Source: the human T2T-CHM13v2.0 reference genome, Homo sapiens
Length of the DNA stretch: 64,000 nt
Assembly (NCBI RefSeq): GCF_009914755.1
Contig: NC_060926.1
Direction: 5' to 3' (one strand)
Shown here piece by piece: positions 28,307 to 40,830 of the stretch. Made by a program: the position numbers and the translations under genes. The stretch's first letter is position 1. Each line of letters starts with the position of its first letter. The notes beneath the pieces are model-generated. The model did no database searches and was not told the DNA's origin. It saw only the letters and a list, made by a program, of their open reading frames with translations.

Positions 28307-28948
28307 TTTTTTTAAAAAAATTATACTTAAATTATGGGATACATATGCAGAACGTGCAGGTTTGTTACATAGGTATACACATGCCGTGGTGGTTCGCTGC
28401 ACCCATCAACTCGTCATCTACATTAAGTATTTCTCCTAATGCTATAATGCTATCCATCCTCTAACCCCTCGCCCCCTGACAGGCCCCGATGTGTGATGTT
28501 TCCCTCCCTGTGTCCATGTGTTCTCGTTGTTCAACTCCCAGTTATGAGTGAGAACATGTAGTGTTTGGTTTTCTGCTTCTGTGTTAGTTTGCTGAAAATG
28601 ATGGTTTCCAGCTTCATCCATGTCCCTGAAGAGGATATGAACTCATCCTTTTTTATGGCTGTGTAGTATTCCATGGTGTGTATGTGCCACATTTTCTTTA
28701 TCCAGTCTATAATTGATGGGCATTTGTGTTGGTTCCAAGTCTTTGCTATTGTTAACAGTGCTACAATAAACATACATGTGCATGTGTCTTTATAGTAGAC
28801 TGATTTATAATCCTTTGGATATATACCCAGTAATGGGATTGCTGGGTCAAATGGTATTTCTGGTTCTAGATCTTTGAGCAATCGCCACACTGTCTTCCAC
28901 AATCGTTGAACTAATTTACACTCCCACCAACAGTGTAAAAGCATTTCT
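28307..28948 (-). mobile_element. 5'-truncated L1PA (ORF2 C-terminus + 3' UTR)
   Basis: ORF 28531-29001 gives LLHCWWECKLVQ..PFDPAIPLLGIYPKDYKS..WIKKMWHI.TMEYY, the L1 ORF2 C-terminus; primate L1 3' UTR present. Confidence 0.96.
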
Positions 28949-29929
28949 TTGGGTTCTATTCTTCTCAAAACCTGTATGTATGTCTGTCTGTATGTACCCA
29001 TGTATATTTATATGCATACATTTTTATAGTTCCTGTTGTATGCTGCTACCATGTGACACTACTTCCAGGCCCCTTATTTTCCTGGCATCAAAATAGTATT
29101 ACTGAAATGGTTTTAATCTGGAGGCTTTCCTGATAATAAATAGGGATAACAAAAACATGAGTCATTAAAAAATGAAAATATCCTAAAAATCTCCAAAAAT
29201 TCTTACTTATGGTTGTGTCAAGACTTTGTTACAATATTAACAGATCTTATTTTTACTGCATTTTTACTCCCATCTCTCCCCGTCCAGTCCAAGGGGATAA
29301 TCGGGCTTTTGACTCAAGAGTTTCCATTTTAAAGCTTGCCTGTAAGTGCTGTCCACCATTCATCATGATCACCCCTGCCCAATCCTCACTCTCCTTCAGA
29401 CATTAAGGATTTTGTTTCCTAAAGTTAAACTCACGAAAGAGATATATTAAGGGGAAGAGAAAGAGGCAAATACCTTGAGCATTGGGAGAGGTGATAAGAA
29501 AACATTAGGGGAAATTGTTAAGGACTAGGAAGAAGATGGTGGCCTGAATTTCTCTGAATAAGGAAAATTGGTGCAGAAATCTAGGGAGGTGGGACAGACC
29601 TGCCTCCTAGAGAACCTGGGAACCCAGGAACTGAACTCAGCAATTGTAGACTGTAGACACCAGGGCCCCAACCTGGCAGTGTGTACTTTGCCCAATTTTA
29701 GAAAGGCAGCTCTGGAATCAATTTAATACATTATGAGTTACCATCATTCCTAGGACTTTCAGACAACTCTGGAGTGGAAGGAAGGAGCTCCAATAATAAT
29801 AATAATAATGTAATGAAACTTCCTACTAGTCTAGTTGTATGAGAGCTTAGTGTCAGATTAAATTTGATGTGAGAACCTGCGTGTGTGTGTGTGTGTGTGT
29901 ATGTGTGTGTGTGAGATATTTATTACGTA

Positions 29930-30791
29930 ATTTGCTAGAATGTGTTAAATACAATGGAGAAAATAAATCAAGAAATGCTGATAGGAAATGTTATAGTTGG
30001 AAGAGGTTGGAATCTGAATGCTGTGGACAGGGAAGATCTTACTGAAAAGAAAACACTTGAACAAAGTTTTGAAAAGGGTGAAGGAAAGAGCGATAAAGAG
30101 ATTCAAAGGAAAGAGTATTACAGATAGAAGGAAGAGCAAGGTCTGTGAGGCCGAGAGGTAGGAACATGCCTGCTCTAATGAGAGGCACTGAGAAGTTGTT
30201 GTAAAACTGCACTGTCCCTGACCATATATAGCTATCAAGCATTTGCAATGTGGCTAGCCTGAACTGAGGTGTATTGTACACATAAATGACACACCAGATT
30301 TCAGAGACGTCGTAACGAAAGAAAAACTAAACTATATCATGTGCAATTGGTACTGATTAAATGTTGAAATACAATGTTTTGGATATATTATGTCAAATAG
30401 ATTGTTAAAGTTAATTGCATCTGTTTTATACATATTTTTAATGTTGCTACTGGAAAATTAAAAATTGCACTTCTTTTATGTAGCTCACATTATATTCTTC
30501 TGGCAGTACTATTGTAGAAGATGAGATCTGGAAGGTAATGATGCCAAATTTTTAATGCTCCTTAGGCCATTTGCATTTGTTCTAAGAGGGAGGCTATTAA
30601 TTTCAAATTATTTACCAAAATTGGGATATCACTAAGAACTCATTGCAGTATAATTTGTTATACTGCAATATATATGTTATACTGAAATATATATATAACT
30701 ATATATAGCTATATATATAGCTATATGTAACTATATATATACACACACACATATATAACATAAACATATATACACATATACATATATATAT

Positions 30792-30859
<68 letters not shown>

Positions 30860-31400
30860 CACCTTTGAGCAGAAGATGAGCATAATCTACCATTTTTATA
30901 ACTGGATCACTCTGGGTACTCTTACAGGTTATAGGAGGACAAGGATGAAATCAAGGACACCTATTAAAGGGCATTCCAATAATCCAGGCTAGAGATGGTG
31001 CTGACTTGGGTAGCAGCATAGATTATGATATGTGGTCAGATACCAGAGGAATTTCTAATACATTCAAAGTGTGATGTAAGAAAAAAAGAATGAGGATTAC
31101 TCCCCAGAACATTTGTCTTGAATATCTATGCAGGTTTGTTTTTCATTCAGTGAGATGGAGAAGATGAGGAGAGTGGATTGGGACAGAAACTCAGGAGTTT
31201 AGCTTTGTACATGTTAAGGTTGAAACATTTATTGGGCATCCAGGTAGAGGTTTATGGAGGTAGTCTGATAATCAGGGAGTGGTCTTGGCAGAAGATAAAC
31301 TCTGGAGGATAATCAATATAAAAATTGGCATTTGGTACCATGAGATTAAATGGTATCACCAATGGAGCGAATTAGAGGTGGGGAAGAGAAGAGGCAGGAG
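29930..31400 (-). mobile_element. L2 fragment interrupted by MER33 (~30210-30513) and a TA/CA microsatellite
   Basis: L2 antisense text on both sides; AATGTGGCTAGCCTGAACTGAG..ACACACCAGATTTCAGAGAC is MER33-like. Confidence 0.75.
30668..30858. repeat. Compound (TA)n/(CA)n microsatellite
   Basis: Direct reading; pure TA run ~30810-30858. Confidence 0.97.
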
Positions 31401-32214
31401 GATCGAGGCAGGGGGAACTCAGAGAGTTCATGAGCAGAACTACTGCTCCATTTACCCTGGAACACACTTTGTAGCACTCACTTCTGGGGTTCTCATTGAT
31501 GTAGACTTATTCAGAAGGAGAAACACCAGTACTAACTGGAAAGGTCCTGTTTGTTCTGGGCTGGACAGTTACAGCAGAAAGAGTGTTAATCAGTGTGAGA
31601 AAAGGGGCAGATGTAAAGTATATTCCTCCATATATAGATATGTCATTGTTTAAATGGACAAATTATGCTGCAAAGAACTCTAGTTATATCCCAATTTTGG
31701 TAAATAATTTAAAATTACAGCAATCTCAATATCATAGTGTGACATCAATTATATTAAAGACTCCCTGAAATTTCTTAGTAAAATGTTAATTTTACATCAC
31801 CTTAATTTTTTAATGCTACCCAATACCAGATTTGATGTCCAAATAAAGATGACAAGGTCTTAGAACTCTACAATAGTGGAATCACTGTGACATGCACTTT
31901 CTAAATACACATTATGGAGACATTTTCAGGTGCTCTTGACCTTGTCCTCTGGAAAATATGCTCCTTATATGTCCACTTAGTGCTACATTTTGAACTATTG
32001 CCTCTGAGGTTTCTGAGTCTCTTTTTCCCCTTGAAACTGGATCAACATGTTCATTTCTTAAAGGTGAAGATTCCTCAGAGGAATAGAAGGTAGAGGCTGA
32101 GTGACCAAAAGCAGAATAATGTTATCCTACTGCAGGATACCTACAATGTAATATGAAAAATTAGCTGTTTCTTCTAGAAGAAGGATTTCCCTCTATTCAT
32201 CTAGCTTGGATGGG

Positions 32215-32460
32215 AATATAGTGTGGGTAGCTAAGAATTCAGGCTCTGGGGCTGTACTTCCTGAGTTCAAATATTGGTTCTCCCATTCTGTAGTCATTTG
32301 ATCTTGGGTAAAAATTTAATCTCTGTGTTTCAGATTTCTCACCTGTACAATGGGGATAATACTGCTATTGACATCATAGAGTTGTTGAAAGGATTAAATG
32401 ACTTAATACTTGTTAAACCTTATACTAGTGCCTCGCTAAGCACTATATACATGTTCTCTA
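32215..32460 (+). mobile_element. MIR
   Basis: CTGAGTTCAAAT..TTGGGTAAAAATTTAATCTCTGTGTTTCAG..CACCTGTACAATGGGGATAATA. Confidence 0.8.
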
Positions 32461-32799
32461 TTTTTGTTTTCTATCTACCCATCACACTTTGTGTTCTGAA
32501 ATTGCTGTCATCAGGAAGTATTTGTCCTCATTTTGCACAAAAAAACAATTTTAGTTTCTGAGCCCCCATCCTTTTGAAATTGAGGATGTCATGAAAGCCC
32601 AAATTTTGTAGTTTTTCCTACTGCCTTGACTCCTCAGACCTTTCGTCATACACTCACATGAGTTAATTAAAAGCCATTCTTTGTTATAGCCGTTTTGATT
32701 CCTTTATGTCCCCAAGTTCTGCTGCTTTTGTGCTATGTACCACATTGTCATTTCCTCTAGGGGCTTGCCATGTCCTTTAGGTACAATCAGAACACAATT

Positions 32800-34790
32800 C
32801 AATCATTCAAGATGGAGTGACAAACATCAGATTTACCCATTTGCCTGAAACCACCACAAAATGGATATAATACATGAAACATGCTTTGTGGGACACTGGA
32901 CACCAGGCAGTGAAATTCAATGATCCCTGAAAGACAGCAAACAATGTGAGTCCTACAATTGCCCCAGTTTATGGGCAGGAGACAGTTTCCAAGCCATAGT
33001 GCAGAAAAGGGGACCCAGGCAGAGTCTGGCATACTCCTGGAGTTGAGGAGATGGATCTGAGAGCCTGGTAAAACCAAAACAGCTAGAGTTTGCTGGACAG
33101 AGTACTAGTGAAGAGAGAGCTGCACACAGAATTCCAGAGAACCGCAGAGGGTTCTCCTCTAGCATTCAGATGAATATTGATGTACACATGCATGTGAGGA
33201 AGTTACCCAACATCAAGGAAAGAACCACCTAAAAGGATTAGGAACAGCATTGTTCAACATTCAAACAAGTCTGAGAATAGTGCCTGTTCCCACCAGCCAT
33301 GCTGGAAAACCTCAAGATTTATGAAGCATTGGATAGAATATTTAGGAGGATCTTGCATCAGAAGTGGGAAAAATTAAGGATGAGCACAGCTCTGATCTCA
33401 CATAAGAAATCTTAAGTGCAAGACCCAAAAGGATCATAGTACTTCCAAATAACTACATCCCGGAACAAAGTTTCAAAATATTTATAGAACCACAAAATCA
33501 CCTAGCTTCAACAAGATCATAGTCACAATATGCAGCATCTAATAAAAAATTACTGATTATGAAAAAAGCAAAACTATCAATCAATTAAAGCCAACTCAGT
33601 ACTGACAAAGGTGTTAAATCTAGCAAATAAAGGCATGAAATGAGCTAGCAAATAAAGGCATAAAATATGCTATTCTATCTATGTCACATGTATCTAAAAA
33701 ATTAAGTAGGAACATAGAAAATTTAAGAAAGACCCAAATCAAACTTTTATAGCTGAAAACTTCAATGTCCAAGATAAAAAATATGCTGGGTGCTATTAAT
33801 GGTAGATTAGACATTGTAAACGAAAGACCAGTGAACTTGAAGGCACAACAATAGAAACTATTAAAAATAAAATACAGATTCAAAAAAATTGAAAGAGAAA
33901 AATAAAGCATCAGTGGGGCAAATTGCAACGGCCTGATATATGTGTAACTGGAGTCTCTGAAGGAGTAAGGAGAAAGAACATACATCCAAAGAAATCATGA
34001 CTGAACATTTTCCATATTTGCTGGAAATTATAAACTCACAGATTTAAAAAGCTCAATCAATGAACATCAAACACATGAAACATGAGGAAAGCTACAGCAA
34101 AGCACATAACAATTAAATTTAAAAATGTTATAAGTAGCCAGAGGGAAAAATAAGACACACACTGTACAGAAGAACAAGATAAGGATAACAGGAGATTTCC
34201 CATCAGAAACAGCAGAAGCAAGAAGGAAATGGAGCAACATCTTTCAAGTACAGAAAAAAAAAAAAGGTCAATCTACAATTCTAGACAGTGAAAATATCTT
34301 TAAAAACGAAACTGAAATAAAGACTACTTTCATACATAAAAGGTTTACAGAATTTTATCACCAGCAGATCAGCAATTTAAGAATGTTAAAGGAAGTCCTT
34401 AGGGCAGAAAGAGAATTATATCACATAGAAATATGGATCAGCACAAAGGAAAGGAAACTGCCAATATCAGTAACCGCAAAGGAAAAAACAGAATGGAAGT
34501 TTCTTATTCAGATCTTTTTAAGTATAATTAAATCTTTAAACAAAACAAATGTAAAGTCAAGTTTATAATAAATATACAAGTGAAATATATGACAACAATA
34601 ACACAAGGGTCAGGAGGGGGAAATGGAAGTGTACTATTGTAAAGTTCTTAGGCTGGATCTGAAGTGGTATAATATCACTTGGAGGTAGATTGTGACAAGT
34701 TAAAATACATACTACAAACCCTAAAGCAACCACTAAGTTAAAGAGTGATAGCTAGCAAGCCAACAGAGGAGATCAAACAGAATCATCAAA
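32800..34790 (+). mobile_element. Ancient L1M 5' UTR/ORF1 region
   Basis: CAAGATGG start; ORF1-like remnants (TGAACTTGAAG, GGAGTCTCTGAAGGAG, GATTTCCCATCAGAAAC, TTAAAGGAAGTCCTT). Confidence 0.75.
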
Positions 34791-35299
34791 TGTGCTGTCT
34801 AATGTATGTTTTCCTTTAAATAAATATCATGACATGGCACATGGCTTCTGGAAATCTATTCTTTTGAAAAACAGAAAAGTTAATTTTGAGGAAATAGAAA
34901 AGCACCTAGGAAAGTGGAGACTAAATCAAGCCCAGAAAAGCTGGATCTTACACTGATCCCAGGTTATGTCAACCATCTTTGTCCTGCAAATATCCTGAAA
35001 ACAAGAAGCTTATCTATCCCAAGACTGTTGCAGGGATTAGTTGGAATTTCAAATGGAAGTACAAGACTTGAATCAGGAAGTAATCCACTTCCTTCACTGC
35101 ATGGGGCAGATTGCAAACCTAAGTGTTGGATTTCATTTCCAACATTCAGCCACTATATGAAGGCTCCATAAGCCTGTCGGAATTGGCTTACAGAAGAAGG
35201 TACTATCTAAAGCAAAATCAGTCTCAACAACTAGCCTATGTCTATTAAAATACATTTAAAAAAATAAATAAATTTTATAAAAATGGTACAATCTTACCA

Positions 35300-36500
35300 A
35301 AACAGTGAATATCTTTCTACCTGCAGATGTCAACCAATTCTTGGAAGAAAAAAAACATAGATGGAAGAATATTAACTGAAAAATAGAGTGTAAGGAACAT
35401 CAACTTAAAGTATCAACAATGAGATTCCTGTAATAGGAAGAGAAATTGACCTGCCTATCAGAGAACCCCAACCAGGGGATGCAAGTGAGAAGTAGAATAG
35501 AAATCAGAGGCATTTTAGAGGTATTATTCGTCTATATATATCACAGCTGTCAGCCCTTATTTCCTACTCCTTCTTGAAAAACACCTGACTGCTACATGTT
35601 ATTCCCCAATCAAAACAACAACAAAGAGTTTTGGGGTTTGGGGTTTTGTTTTTGTTCGTAAAATTGGAAGGTATTGTTACAAGGAGCAGACTAGATAGTG
35701 TGAAGGCTAGTCACCTTGAGAAAACCCTCCTCATTCTGGCATTTGAGGAAGGCTACCTCCAGTATAACGGTGAGCCCAAGCCCATTCCTGCTGAATTAAA
35801 GCTTCCAGCTAATAAACGACTGCCCTCAGTAAATCTTTCTATTGCTTAATTTTTAAATGCGAAAAAATAACCGAGGATCATCAGACATTTGAGGAAATAA
35901 TTCACACCTATGGAAAAACTGATCAAAAGGAAAATGAAGTGACTCAGGAACAGAGAATCACTTAAAAATCTGAAATCCATATTCATAAAAACCCAAGGAA
36001 ATTTTACATCTGTAAAACCAAATCGGCATGCTATTAAAAAGGAGCTATCAGAAAATAAGAAAGAGCTCTTGTACATTTAAAATACCTTTGCCAAAACTAA
36101 AAGAAGACAGGAAAAAGTTGAAAGAAAATGTTTAAAGACAATAAAACCACCAAAATATAGAGCAAAAAGACGAGAAGTCAGAAAACATGGAGGAAAAGGG
36201 AGGCATAAATTGAAGACAAATTGGTTAGTTTCTGAAGAAGAAAATGAAGAAAAGGAAAGAGGAGGAACTATCAGCGTGCCCAGAAGGTACTCAGCAAATA
36301 TTTGAAGAATGGGAAAATCAACAGAATCTTGGGTTGGCTGTTTATGAACAATGTGAAGTTGGACAAGTTGCTCATTCTGTCTGGAGATTCTTCCTTCACA
36401 GCATGGTGGGTGGTGGGTATGAGGCTTTATGTTTTGCAAATTATTTTGCATTTATTATAACTGCCTTTTTAAATTTAATAATTGTTATAAAATAGGACAT
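35300..36500 (+). mobile_element. Degraded L1ME/HAL1-like fragments
   Basis: A-rich purine bias; ACCGAGGATCATCAGACATTTGAGGAAA and AGAAAATAAGAAAGAGCTCTTG motifs. Confidence 0.5.
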
Positions 36501-38099
36501 AGCCCTACAATATATTATCATTGCTATATAATTAGTATTAATTTTTTAAAACTGTAGGGCATTTATTAAAAAATTCCCTTTTACCTATCACATATGCAAA
36601 CTGATGCTCCTATGTCCTATTTAAGGGATTACTTTATACTTTAAAAATGTCTTATTGAAAGGATACTTCTCAACGTACATTGGCCAGGCTACTCATGCTA
36701 CATAAAATTATGATAGAGTTGATTCATGTTGAAATTCTCTTTCCTTGCCAATTATTCTCTTCTGCTACTTCCCTTCTAGGTTCATTTAGAAACAAATGGA
36801 ATTTACTATATCTCAAACTATTGAATTTTAGGTAGCTTTGGCTAGTATACAGTATACTTTATCTATGAAGATTCAATTCATAAATACATTCATATGAATA
36901 GTTTTGTAATTCCAGTCATTGCATTTTGGTATTTTTTCTATTTTAAATAGAAGCTGATTGAAGGCAACATCAAAAAGTGACATCCAAGTACCTTTTCCCA
37001 AAATCATATATATTTTGAGCCTAGGAGACACTTAGAGTTCATGCAGTGTAATTCAATATCCTAGTGTTAGAAATCAGGAAACTAATGAAGGACAAGATTG
37101 GTGAAATCTATTCTTCACGGCGGAGCCAAGGTTGAACCCAAATCTTCTAACACCTAGAAGAGTGTCCATTCCGGTAATTAAAAAAAAATTGTTGACCATC
37201 TACGTATTCTAAAAGAAAAAAACGTAAATTCATAACAAAAGATAGACATTTCTAAAGTAAATGCAGTCTCAAGGGATGAGCTAATCATGTGTACAGAAGG
37301 TGTCAAGTACAGTGTAAAAGCAATTAACAAAATTGAAATGTATTCTTTAGTTATTTAAGTCAGATAAGTGAGAACGTATGTTCTTACATGATATCATAAA
37401 GCCATTCTATTTTCTAATCTTGTTACAGAATCACCAAAGGGTATTTTATTTTCTGTCTTACTTTCTACTTTTCTTGGTTTAGTAATCCTTTTAAAGGAAA
37501 AAAAAACCTCCCTAAAATTGAAGTGAATACATTTAATGCAGTATAATCAGCTTCTAAATCTACTTAACTGGAGCCCCATCATGCATTTAGTGCATTGAAT
37601 GAATGGCACAAATGGGAAACGTATTATAATGAGGACCGGGTGAATTTTGTGAGACTAAAACTTCACTTTCCTGAAATGTTTTTAAGCATCTGATTTTGTA
37701 GTCAAGTATAAGTCAATTTGCATAGCTCCTTATTTGCATTTGACCTAGACACCTGCATTACTTTTTGGAGAATTCTACTTTTATGGTGCTTTTGAACACT
37801 TCACTTCCACCCCACTATGACAAAATGCATTTTGCTTGCTGTGGATCTTTGAGGGGTGCACAGTGTGATTATTTTTAACTTTTCATTTGTATTCATTTAG
37901 GTTAGAACAAGTTGTTTACTTTTATTACAAGGCTGTTTTGCTTTTCATGGGTTTATTTCCTCATTCATTTTTGAAAAACAAGATTTCGTTTTAGAGATGT
38001 GGACTTTTTGTGACAATAGACTACAAATTATACCTATGGATACTGTCACTGTTCATGTCCAGATAAAGGGCTTCCCATTTCTGCTGCACTAATATCTAG

Positions 38100-39000
38100 A
38101 TTACATTTTTCTGTCTTGACTGATCTTGAGGAAATAAACATTCAAAACTCACATGTACTAAATTCAACTTGTAAGTTTCCCACTTTACTTTGCTGCAAAA
38201 CAATGCATTACTCTAAATGCCATCATTGTTCTTCTTTTTGTCCAACTTGAAAACATGGGAGTTACCCTTGATTCTTTTCTCTCCCACCCTCCCGCATGCA
38301 ATGAATCCCCAAGTTCAACTGAGTCTGCCTCCTTCAGAGGAGAGATTGGGTCTGTTGCTTTGCTTCTCCATTCTCATAGCCCTTGTCTCAGTTCAGGCCC
38401 ACACCATCCCTCCAGTAGACCAGTTCAATTATCCAATTTTCCTCCTTTTCAATGTAGCTTTTTTTCCAGAATTAAAGTGGAAATAGCACACTGCCTTGCT
38501 CAACATGCGAAATGCAAAATATCCCGATTGCTTTTAGGATAAAAAATTAAAGACCTTTCATGCTATACATGATATCTTCAAAATCTGGTCTCCAATTCCT
38601 TCTTCAACCTCATACTCCCCACTGATTTTGCCTCATCTGACTCTCAAGCCATATGGAATTTCTTCTTAAATAGCATTGCATTGGTTCTTCACAAACTTCT
38701 GAACTTGTGTATATACTATCCCTAGATTTCCCACTTCCTGACTGCATGGCTGGTGGTGTACGTCAAGAAGAATAATGGGTTTTCAGAGTATAGGTGGCAA
38801 TATAGGGTCTTTATTCCAGTCTTCCCACCATTAACTACCTTGACCAAGTTACTTAGGGGAACCAAGTGTCAGTTTCTCATCTCGAAAATTGTGATAGTAA
38901 TACTGTCTACCTCGATGGATTTTTGTGAGGAATATGTGTGTAAAGAGTGAAGTGTAGTGTCTGGAACATGGTGATCAATGAATGTCAGCTGTTATCAGTG
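38100..39000 (+). mobile_element. L2 followed by MIR
   Basis: AAACTCACATGT..GGGAGTTACCCTTGATTCTT; then CCTTGACCAAGTTACTTA..CAGTTTCTCATCT. Confidence 0.7.
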
Positions 39001-39945
39001 CTAATCACTAGAAATAATAATGCCATTATCATCGAAGGAGATCAAAGCTACTAAAGATATCCTGTTGTATTTCATAAAAACTGCCTAGAGGTAAACTTGA
39101 TAGCTATGGCAAAAATGAAAAAAATGCCTTTTCTCTACTATGCCTTAAATAATCTTCTAATTTGTAAGTCAAATCTGTGATTATATATAATGTAATTCAT
39201 CTTCTATGGATGTCCATGGAAAGAGCTGAAAAATTACAGTCACCAAGAACATATTGACTGCTAGATATTACTTATTTGATTAATAAATTAAAAACTTCTG
39301 CGGCTCACTCTCTTGAATTTTCTTGCATAGGAGAAGAGTCATCAGCAATTTCCTGGCCCTAGAAAGCAGTTTTCACAGGGAGCATCTCCAGAGAGGTACA
39401 AGGTGCAACTGAGATTTTAGTCCAGAAAGCCCCTGCTGTTTCCACACTCTGCCTTTTTCTTTCTTAATCTTCGTTAGCCCTTCCTATTATTTTTACTTTG
39501 CCTCTGGGTTCAGACTCCAGGGCCTGCTGGAGGGGAGTGGGGGTGGTCAGGAGAAGGCCCTGATTTTACAAGTTCTTTAAACACTCCCTCCAGGGCTCAC
39601 CCAAAGGGCTGAGCTGCTTCCTTCCTCTCCTTTCTTTTTGACATCCTCTGCAGTCAGCTCTTGTTTTCGCTTTCTTTGTGGTCAGAACTACCTCTGCTAC
39701 TGAAGTGATCCTTTCACCCCAACTCCCAGAACAGCCATCAGCGCCTGCTTCTTGATAGTCCAGAGAGCAGGAGAAAGTCTGCTTCACTGTTGTTTGAAAT
39801 AAGTAATTACTAGAGTTCCCAAAAGTGGATGACAAAAAGGTAAATTGAGTAGGAGGTTTCACTGGGTGATGCCAAGGTCTCTTTCTGCAGTGCCTCTTAT
39901 GATTCTAGGTTTAGAGGCATTTTATTTTAAAATCTCCCATTGACC

Positions 39946-39973
39946 AAAAAAAAAAAAAAAAAAAAAAAAAAAA
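39946..39973 (+). repeat. A28 homopolymer
   Basis: Direct reading. Confidence 0.95.
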
Positions 39974-40344
39974 AGCAAAAATATAAGTAAAGGGCACACA
40001 CGGGCTCTCACTTACATTAGAGAGCAGTCTGTCTGCCATAGTCAGAAGCAGGAGTTTGAGTTTCTAGTCCTCTGGCATGACCCCTGGGATCACCGGCCAT
40101 GCAGCCTGGTCCCCAGGTTCTCTGCATTCCCCTTGGGCACAGAGCTCATTGCCACTTTGTGGGCTCAAGGAACCATCATGATTTCAAGGGAGGCTGGGAT
40201 TAAGGAGTTCCAGCTGTATTCCCTAGGACAGTTCCCGGGCATCCTGTTGTCTTACTAAAGTGCTTTAGTGGCCACAGAAGAGTTGAGATGTGGAGGGAGG
40301 GAAGAGGACTGAGGCTTAGGCTTGGAGGCTTCTATCAGCGCTCT

Positions 40345-40830
40345 CCATTTGGCATTCTTTCACCTGACAAAAGTTTACCGAACCCCTCCAGGGGCCAGGT
40401 ACTGTGCTGGATGCTGGTGGGATACAGGTGACACAATCAACAAGGACTCTACTTCTTGGACAAGAGCCAGGAGGATGGGGTTGTGGAGTGCACGTCAGTG
40501 GCGGGGGAGCTGGTAGGGGTAAGAGCAAATAAGACAATTTTAGTGAGTGATAAGTGCTATAAACATTAATTAACCACTTATAAAAAGAGTGATTTGAGGG
40601 GCTGCCTTAGATGGGGTGCTGCCTGAGGAGAGGGCTGTGGCTCTGCCAGGAAGTTCAGGGGGAGGGTTTTCTAGGCAGATGGTCTGAAGACTGCAGAGAG
40701 CTAAGCCAGGAAGGAAGCCTTGTGTATTCAGGAACCATGAGCACTTAAGAGTGTGTCAGAGAGAAGGCAGGAGGCAGGTCACACGGGCCTTACAGAATTT
40801 GGATTTCATGCTAATATACTGGGTTTCAGG
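40345..40830 (-). mobile_element. L2 3' fragment
   Basis: CATTCTTTCACC..GCCAGGTACTGTGCTGGATGCTGG..TGATAAGTGCTAT. Confidence 0.7.

Noticed and set aside
28531-29001. 156-aa ORF
   Set aside because: C-terminus of L1 ORF2 in a 5'-truncated L1PA, fused to flanking sequence; not a host gene
26063-33669. Short direct repeats as a CRISPR-like array
   Set aside because: Only two units each, no spacers or cas genes, and the DNA is primate
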